Part shown: positions 12,901 to 23,100 of the stretch, piece after piece
How positions within the stretch are numbered: the stretch's first letter is position 1
How the letters are laid out: each line of letters opens with the position of its first letter
Assembly: GCF_018977255.1 (NCBI RefSeq)
Contig: NW_024704743.1
Span: 82,524,001 to 82,588,000 of the forward strand
DNA length: 64,000 nt
Direction: 5' to 3'
Source of the DNA: Callorhinchus milii
Taxonomy: Eukaryota
Translations under genes and position numbers: made by a program
The notes under the pieces: model-generated
What the model saw: the letters and a program-made list of their open reading frames with translations, nothing else
Told to the model about the DNA's origin: nothing
Databases searched by the model: none

Positions 12901-15900
12901 CACCATCCCTGTAAAGCTTGGTACTCTGTCAGGGATGGCCAACTTGTGGGGCCTGCTCTACGTGCCAGGAGATAAAAATTCAATTTGTTTCCAGACAACT
13001 ACAAAACAACTTTCAAAATACTAGTACATTTTCCATCATGGCACTTTAAAACTTTAAAAACACATTCATGCTATGTCAGTTTACAGTGCTTCACCTATAT
13101 CATAAACAACATTTACCTCAATAATGATCGGTTCCTACTTTTATTCCTTCGTCTCTCAAAGCGTTCCTCATCATCAGAAGATGACGAGGCAGAGGAGGAG
13201 GAGGAGGAGGAAGAAGTGGAATCACTGCTATGTATGGCATGTCTCCGTCTGTAACAAGAAAATAAATGATCAATTAGATGAGATTTTTTACACCACACTC
13301 TTTATACTTCAATATCTTTCATCTTCTATTGATCAAACTAAAATTTCAACTTTTTAAAAAATATTGTGGCCAAGTCTGAGCATCAAAATTTCCAAACAGA
13401 TTATAGTGCATATAATGTTAAAACAGGAGGTAAGCGGGGTCTCCTTGGAGTTGAACTGGCTCCAAGGTACAAGCCTGGCAATGGAATTGAGCCAGTCATC
13501 TGTGGCGGTCTTTTCTTGCCTGGAAATCTGAATTTGGTTTGGATACACTCAAGAATGGTGAAGGATTTCCGCTTGTGTCAAGACACCTGGCTGACCAAAA
13601 AAGGTTTCACAGTACTTCACTGGGAATTACTAGAACATTTATAGGTGAATATGGTAACTGATTTGCACATAGCAATGTCCTAAAAACATCCATAAAGCAA
13701 ATGATCAATTTTATCGAGATGTTTATCAGCTTGGAAAAACTCATTTTGAAACAAGCATCAAGGGATCTTCAACATCCATCTGAACAGTCGGACAGGAGTT
13801 CAATGTCTCAATTGAAGGACAGCATCGCTGACAATGAAGATCTCTTTTAGTATTACAATAGAGAGTCAGCCTAAATTATGAAGTCAAACATAGGGCTTGA
13901 AAAACAACCTTCTGCCCCAGGCAGCTCTGCTACAACTGTGTCAAGCTGACATGGGATAATTATAAAATTAGCCTTTTCCCATCTTATAATAGTGTATGAT
14001 AGCCCTGTTTCTATCAAAGGCTATTTATTATACATAGTCACAATTTAACAATTGACTAGTCTGTTAACTATCAGATTCCACAATCTAGTATTCCAAACCT
14101 ATTAATTTTTCTCTTGCAGTAAGGACTGCGAGGACCAGAGGTGCCATAATGAAATCTCCGTCTTACTGGAGAAGCAGGAACACTGTAAAACATTCTTCGT
14201 TTTCTTTGAGGTTCTGGCATAAAACATAAAACAATTTTATAAGTCACTTCAAGAAACAGAATAGAGCCTTGTGCACATAACATTTTTCCCCAAACTTAAG
14301 AGATATCAATTCAGAAAATCATGCATATCTCTGAGTGGCAAACACCTTACAAGACTTAGTGTTTACTGAAGTTAGTACATAAAAGATTATCTGTACTGAA
14401 AACATAAAGAGTTAGAAATATTTTCATTGGGTTAGTATGAGATATTAAATGTCACAAATCAATTCAGCTTTTGAACCAAAGTAACCAGTGAATTCAAATT
14501 CTCCCCTCAATGAATTTACACTGGCAGATCACTAAGGATTAATTTACTTTAGACCTCTTTGTTTACACACTGTGATGCAGTTTTAAGAGAAAAATATTTC
14601 TAAATTCCTCAAAATGTTTTTAAAAACAAGTGTTTTTATTATGCAGTTTAGTTCAGTTCCCCTCTCGATCCATCTTCAAGCTCTATGGGGGGGGGGGGGG
14701 GGGAGAGAGGAGAGAGCAGGAAAATCAGAGGAAGATTCATTTAAGACCTTGAGTCACTTACACTCAAGATGAGCAAAGCCTGAGTAGAGTAAGCAGAATT
14801 CAGAGGAGAAAGGGAAGGAGAGGGAAATTAAAAAGGTAGAAACATAACTGTGCTATACCACATCACATCAAATGCATTCAAGCGCTTTGGGACATACTCC
14901 TGATGTCAAACGTGCTATAAAAGTGTAAGCTGTACTGTATTTGTACCTTCGCATGGTGCCTGATATTGCACAACAGCTTTCCTCTGACGCAAGTAGTAAC
15001 GTTTTTGAGTATCTTCCTCACCATCTTCATCCTCCTCCTCCTCTCTATCTTCAGCTTCTTCCTCAGATGACTCTATAAAGGAACAGGAAATAATGTCTAT
15101 GTAGTAAATGAAAGCTCATTCAACAATAACTGAGCTGCTTGGTTGACCCCAACACTACTCTATCAGGCTACAAGTCAACTGGGAGAGGTCTAATCTCATC
15201 TCTCTTAGATGGGAGTTTCCAGAAAGAATGGCAAAGCATCTCCCATTTAAAATTAAAAATATATTTATGTTTAGTTTCTGTACAAGTGTGATTACAGGAT
15301 TGTTTTCAATTTTCTCTCTGCTCTCACTAACTTATTGCAATTTTAAATTCTGTATGCCTAAAAAAGAGTTGAAGTGAGTTGGAAGGCCATATTCATTATG
15401 TTCACAGAACAGCAATAATATTTGTTTTGATCAACTGGGTAACGTGTAAAAACCCATCACCATGCTTAAGAGTATCCAAACCAGACTGAGAGAAACCAAA
15501 TCGGCAATAATATAGGTGAATAAAGTTGGCCCAATTACAATTTCAGGACAATTCACATAAATCCAAGTGTTTTAACCAAGCGAATATACAAAATACATTG
15601 TTTATAATTGCTTGGATGTTTTATTTTTTCTCTTTAGTCTCAGAGCACAAGGAACCTTCTAACACTGTTGACAGATGTTATTAGATTCGATAAATTCCCC
15701 AAATTGTTACCAGAATGGCAGTTAAAAGGGATACATTTCAATGTAATCAGTAGGTAGAATCATTTTGATTAGAAATTCAAAATAGGAAGGTATGTAAAAC
15801 ATTGGTTCGGGTTTTTTTTAAAAAAAGATAAAGTAATAATATTTGGTAATAATGAGATTTCCATTTGGATAAGATTGGAAGAGGAATAGCAAATAGAAAA

Positions 15901-18900
15901 GATAGGTGGTAAGGAAACATCTTGCAAATAGTGATCATTTTCTGAAAGAACTAAATATTAGGTTTCAAGGACTGAAAAAATGATCACAAACAAAAGTTTG
16001 GAATTTTAATAAAGCCAATTTTGAAAGGTTAAGGAAGGAATTAGCCACAGAAGGTGATAGGAATTGGTAGTGAATCAACTGATAAAACTATGGAAACTGT
16101 TCAATGAAGTAATTAAAACATACCAAAACCTGTATATACTGCTAAAATGCAAATGGTGTACTCCTGGCATCAAGCAACCATGGTCAAATAAATTTATTAC
16201 CAGTATCAAACAAAAGAAAAAGGTCGATGAAATGACAAGGCAACAGTGGCAAAACCGGAGACGGTGGAATATAGAGAGCAAAAGAAAATAACACAAAAGG
16301 CTAAGAGGAAATATCAAAAAAATTGCAGATGGCAACAAAGCATTTTATAAATGCATCAAAAGAAGAGAATGATAAAGGAGGAGGAGAGTTCACTGAAGTT
16401 AAAGATGTGACAATAGTGGAAGTTAAGGACATGACAAATTTGTTGAAAGCATCCTTTGCTTCAGTCTTCACATGGGAGGAGAATAAAGAACCAGAGGTTT
16501 AGGGAAGAATAGGGTTTAAAGGGCATGTTAATTATTATAATATTTGGATTTGATATGGCACCTGACCACTTAGTGGATATGCCTCAAAGACTTTCTCAAA
16601 AGTGCAGTGAAGCATAGTAGCTTTGTATTTGTAGCCAAACGCAGCAACCAGTTTGTGCAACAACTTCTTTACATCGAAAGGGTAGAAGGGACCCAGGCAG
16701 GTTTAGAGTTTAATATCCATGATGGGCAAAATCCACCTTTGGGAATGAAGTATCTGTGTATCAGGACATTCACCATCAAGACCTCATCAGGACAAATATG
16801 CACAGATCAAGGAGAGGCAATATGGGTTTATGGAAGTAGATCATTTCTGATTGGTTCTTTCAAAGAACCAGAGCTGATAAAACTGTATTGATGGATGTAA
16901 TTTAAGGTTTTTCATAAGTATTAGATAAAGTGCATCCTTTGTCTGATGTGAACATACATTATAATTCATGAAAGGGCACAAATCTGACTGCAGATTTATC
17001 CTTAGGATATTGTAATAAGGGTTGGTCATACAGGAGAAGGAATAAAAGGGTAGGAAAAAGAGGGGTAGATACATCAGGATTTCTATGTGTTAAAAAGTAA
17101 ATTCTGATACCTACCAGCACTCCCATCTTCATGATCTTCAGTGGTTTCTTCATCGATCGTCTCTACTGCCCTCTTTTTCACACAAGAATACATATCTAGA
17201 TTTCCCTTTAATTAAAAAAAATTGTACATTGAATTTTATGAAAAAAATATTATTCTCCTGCCTTTCCCACATGGAAGTGATCAAACTCTTCCTGAAAACT
17301 TCGAATTAACCACCACACAAACCCACATCATAATCTTTGTCTGATATAGCACACTGGAACAGCACATTCCCAAAATGCCACCTTCCAAACAGGATAAAGG
17401 GTGAAATCAACTCACACAATTTTCACCGAGTCAACAGGTGCTAAAAATCAAACCAGTTCAGGGCCAAGTTATAAGAACGCATTTATTACTGAATTTCCCC
17501 ACCAAATAACCAATATTATTATTTTATTAATTTGGTCATCCAACCAGACATTCATCTGGAGTTGACAAAAACTAAAGTAACTAGATAAAAGTAAGTGGTA
17601 GACTTACTTCTTCCTCTTCTTCTTCCTCTTCTTCTTCCTCTTCAGTATCATTTAAAATTCTTAAATTCTCTAACTCTCTCATTCTCTGGCGTCGTAGTTT
17701 CTTCATATGATCCATTTTCTGCAAAACCGCTTCTGCAGTGCTGCAAAAAAATATTTTCAAATGAAATGCGGGGTTAGGGGAAAAGGTAATGTAAGCAATA
17801 TTTCAGCAGCAAATCAAATTCAGACAATATATTTTAAGTGTTGAAATATAAAGTGTAGAAAAGGAGTTCTGATCTCTTACTTTGTAATTAGTTTGTCAAA
17901 AGCACAGATTGGTTTAGTGTGTTATAACGGTTTCTTCGGAGTCTGCAACTACGCCTGACTTCCGTATCAGCTCCTTCTCCATGCACTGTTTCATCTACTT
18001 CGATTTCAGATCTACTACTCCTAAGAGATCTGGTAATTGAATTCATATTCGTGTTCTCTGAAGAAGATAATGTAATTGCATAAAATAATGTACATAAGCA
18101 CTATAGTCAGATTTGATATCACTTGAAAGGTCACTGAATTACGAATTTGGAATATAAAAAATTACGCAAGTAGTAACTTTACCTGGTTTATCATTAGGCT
18201 TGTTGCTGGTTTTTAGTCGGAGTGATTGCCTGCATAAAGACAAAAACGCGTTTAATTTTTTTTAAAATAGCCACTAATGAGCCCACAATAGAACCATGCA
18301 AATGTACAACACAGGAGCTGATTCAGTCCACTGTGTTGTGCTGGCTCTCTGGGAATAAACGCAAAGCTCTTTCAATCCCCTGCCTTTTCCCCTTTTGACT
18401 TATTTAGCCAATTCACTCTTAAAAACATAAATTTGTTGTATTTTTACAAGATCAGTTTTCAACATTTATTTAAAATACAGTGACACTGAAGAGACACACT
18501 CCACTATTAAACGTTTTCACAGACAGTGGTCAGTGTGTAGAATTCTCTGCCATCATCAACTGTTGGAGCAACAACCATGTGAACATTCCATAAAAGAGAC
18601 TGGACACATGGTTGAATGAGAATAAAATTGAGGGATGAGGGGAAAAGGCCCGAATATGAGACTCAGGATAGATGCACGATGGGCACACATCTAGATTATA
18701 AACAACGCCCCCAGACTGGATGGAACAAAAAGCTCCTTTCTGAGCTGTACATTCGATGAATCTAAATTTAAATAATGCTTTTCATGTTGGGAGGACATCT
18801 CAATTATATGCACGTTAGCAAGAGCTGAGACCTGGGGATTCCAGAACCCGGGTTTAGGGATACTGCTGGGAGTTTATCCAGCTAAAAATTGCATAGTTTG

Positions 18901-20125
18901 CCACTGAGAGTCTTTCATCCAAGGCTGCACTCTCCAACCCCTCAAAGCCGGTCAGGAACCTCGGTGTTCTGTTCGACCCTGAGCTGTCCTTTCTCCCTCA
19001 TATCCGCACCACAACTGGCACCGCCTTCCACCATCTCCGGAATGTCGCCAGACTACGGCACTACCTCACCCCTCACGCTGCTGAAACCCTGGTCCACGCC
19101 TTTGTCACCTCAAGGCTGGACTATGGGAACTCTCTCCTCGCCGGCCTTCCCGCCACCTCCCTCCACAAGCTGCAGGTCATTCAGAACTCTGCAGCTCGTG
19201 TACTGTCCCGCACCAGGCTTCGGGATCACATCACTCCCACCCTCGCTCGCCTCCACTGGCTCCCCATCCCCCAGAGGATCGAATTCAAGATCCTCACCTA
19301 CAAGGCCATTCACGGCCTTGCTCCCTCCTACCTCTACGACCTACTATCCCCCTACCTACCTGCCCGTACCCTCCGTTCCTCTGGCTCCAGTCTGCTCCAC
19401 ATCCCCCGCCCCAACCGCCCTACCATCGGTGGTCGGGCCTTCAGCCTCTCAGCCCCGAGGCTCTGGAACTCTATCCCCCAGTGCCTTCGCCGCCTCCTCC
19501 CTTTCCTCCTTCAAGGCCGGTCTCAAGACATTTCTCTTTGACCGTGCCTTCAGCTCCCCTCTCGACTCTCTACCCCCTCCTCGCTCCCTCCCATCCCTCC
19601 CCTCATCCTGACCATTTCCCCCCTCCTCGCTCCCTCCCTTCCCTCCCCTCACCCTTACCATTTCCCCCCAATGCTCGGGTCCTGACCCAACTGTACGGTG
19701 CCTTGGGACGTCCTCCCGACGTGAAAGGCGCTCAATAAATGGAATCTTGTTGTTGTTGTAGGGCAAGCTTTCTGCTGCCTGTTCAGCTAGGACCACCTTA
19801 CCCAGAAATAAGAAGCAAATGGAAGTGGAATGCTTAAACGTTCTGGTGGAAATCAAACTAGATAGTTCAGTCTGCCTGACATTCAGCTGCAGAAAGTTAA
19901 AGGCTCATCCAGATGATTTGGGAAAAGGAGTTGACAATGGAGGCAGGGTTGGGTATATAATGACCACACATAGCCTCTGGAACTTCCTCCCATCATCTCT
20001 TTCTGCTTTTGCCCCGAGTGCGCTTATGGCCACCTCCCCCTCTCCTTTGCTCAGTGTCCAACCTCCATTATTGTAACACACTTGAAACTTTACCCTAGGT
20101 TAAGGGTGCTATATAAATGCAAGTT

Positions 20126-20162
<37 letters not shown>

Positions 20163-23100
20163 GGAAACTAAGACCTTGTCTTACACACAATGAGAAAAAG
20201 AGGGAACATGAAAATAGATTTGTAAAGAAACTGTAATAAAGAAAAGGAAAAATTTAAAAGAACAAAACAAGCCAACAGAACTAGATCAAGATAAGTTTCA
20301 AATGGGCAGGAAGATATATTCTTGTTACAATCTAAAGAGGAAAAAATGTATGATAACCCCCCATTCAGAATTTACAATAAGTGTGATACCAGCTTCTGAG
20401 GATAACAAATTATACTGTAATGCAACTTGCAATACAAGTTATAAGAACATACCGGTTCAAAACTTAGATGTAGATCCCAGCAAACACATACATCAACACT
20501 GCAGTTGTAAAGAAGACTTATACAACTAATCCTCAATAGCTTGCAATAGTTGACGTAGTTTGTCTACCTGGTAAAATGTCTTCCTTCCATCCCATCTTCT
20601 GTTGTCTCTTCTATGCTCTTTTCATTGTAGCTTGAATCCAAAGAGGTGTCAACTTGTCTCTCCATACTCTTCCTCCTCCTACTCATATTACCACCGATAC
20701 TTTGTATACTCTGTAATAAAACATTAAAATTATTTATTTCCATAGCACTTATCCAAATGTGACAAACTCAAGGATTCTCTGAAGTCATCAGTTGTAAAGC
20801 AGTCAATTATTTTCCCTACAAAACTGGGGTGGTTGGAAATTAACTATACAGTGGAGAGTTGGATGTTTGTGTCCCATATGGCCCACTAATATTGGTGGGA
20901 AAAGATCTATGCCATACAGTACTGAGAAGGGCTCAGTGTAGGCAAGGCACTTCATTAAGGTAAAGGGATGGTTGCACTTATTTAGCAACCTCCACGCAGG
21001 GTGGCGACTCACAGCACTTAACAGAGGCGGAAACTGACTCCGACCCGGGGTGGGTGGCTATAAGCACAGTTAAACAGGAAAGTTTTTAGGCGGGACTTTA
21101 AAGAGGGGAGAGAGGGGGCAAGGTAGAGGGATTGAGGGAGAGTGTTCCAGAGCTTTGGGGTGTAGTGGTTGAAAGCGTGACCTCCAATGGTGGAGCGGAG
21201 GGTGCGAGGGACGAGCAAGAAACTGATGTCAGTCAAGTGGAGGGGTCGGGGATTGGGGAGCTAGGAGATCGGAGAGGTAGGGAGGTGCCAAGAAGTGAAT
21301 GGATTTGAACACGAGTGTGAGGATCTTGAAGTCGATCTGTTTGGTGATGGGGAGCCAGTGGAGTCTGGCCAGAACTGGTGAGATGTGGGTATGGAGTTAA
21401 GTCCGCATCAGTATGCGGGCAGCAGAGTTTTGAAATTAACTGGTTCTTGTGAATGGTAGAGCTGGGGAGACCGGCGAGAAATGTGTTGGGAGTAATCCAG
21501 CGGGAGGTGACAAACGCACGCATAAGGGTTTTGGCTGAATTTGGGGTAAGGTACGGTCGGAGGCGGGCAATGTGGCGCAGGTGGAAGAAAGCGGACCTGG
21601 TCAGGGACCAGATGTGGGGGAGGAAGGACAGTTGAGGGTCAAACCGAACTCCTAGGTTGCGCACTGGTTCTGTGAGTCTGAGGGAGAGCCCAGGGAAGTT
21701 GAGGATTTCAGATCCGCAGGAGTGAAGATGTTGACGGGAGCCAAGGAGTACATCTTCCATCTTATCCATATTCAGCTGCAGGAAGTTTGCGCTCATCCAG
21801 GCCCTGGTTTCTGCCAGACACGCTGATAGAACATCGGTGGACCTGGAGTTGGTACTGCAAAGTAGATTTGTGTATCATCCACATACATGTGGAAGTTTAC
21901 CCTGTGTCTGCAGATGACATCGCCCAGAGGGAGCATATAGATAAAGAAAAAAAGGGGGCCAAAGATGGAGCCCTGGCGTACCCCGCAGGTAATCAGGTGG
22001 GGGCGGGAGGAGAAACCATTTGCTGAGATGAAATGGAGGCAGTTGCATTGCGAGAGCAGTCTCACTGAGGTAGATGAGGGAGGAGAGCTGATGGAGGATG
22101 GCGTGGTCGACTGCCGATTGTGGCAGTTCAATTATCACCACTAACAGATCCAGGAAACATTATCCTTTTAACTTCTGGATGCAAATCCACATCAAAAGTG
22201 GACTCACCTGTTGCTTGTTTAGAGAATGTTGGCAGGCTTGAATATCTAATCTAGAACAAAATGGTAATCCAGTTCTGACATGTTTAATGTTAACCAAACA
22301 TCAAGCTGGGCCTCTCAAGATAAAACTTTGTGTCAGCTTGGGTCAGTGGTAACACTCTCACTTCTGAGTTTGAGATTGTGGGTTCAAGTCCCATATCAGG
22401 ACTTGAACTCAAGAGTTTAAGATGACACTCCAATGCAGTGCAGGGGATTTGTTGCATTGTCAAAGGTTCTGTCCTTCAGATTAAACATTAAATCGAGATC
22501 CCGTCTGCCTTTTCAGGTGGACTAAACTCTGTACCTCCACAACAACAACTTACACTTAAATAGCGCTCTCCATGCAGGGTAGCATCTCACAGTGCTTAAC
22601 AATGGCGGAGCCTGATTCCGAGCTGGGGGTGGAGGTGACTGTGAACACGGTCAAAAAGGAAGGTTTTAAGGAGGGACTTGAAAAAGGGGATAGAGGGGCA
22701 AAGCGGAGGGATTGAGGGAGAATGCCCCAAAGTTTCAGGGCGCAGTGGCTGAAAGCGCAACCTTCTACGGTGGAACGGAGGGCGCGAGGGACAAGTAGGA
22801 GGCTGGTGCCAGTTGGGCGGAGGCGCCGAGTGGTGGATTGGGAGTCTGTGACATTATCCCAGTCCTTGTCAAACTCCACTGGCTCCCTGTCACAGAGCGG
22901 ATAGACTTCAAGATCCTCAGTCTTGTATTTAAATACCTTTGAGCCCTGGCATCCCCTTATCTCTCCAACCTGCTTTCTCCCTACACCACTACCGGCTGCC
23001 TCTGGCTTCCTCCTTGTCCTCCGGACCCTCTACCCCACCATCAGCATCTGCGCTTTCAGCCACTACTCCGCCCACTTTTCAGTTCGCACTTCAAGACCTT

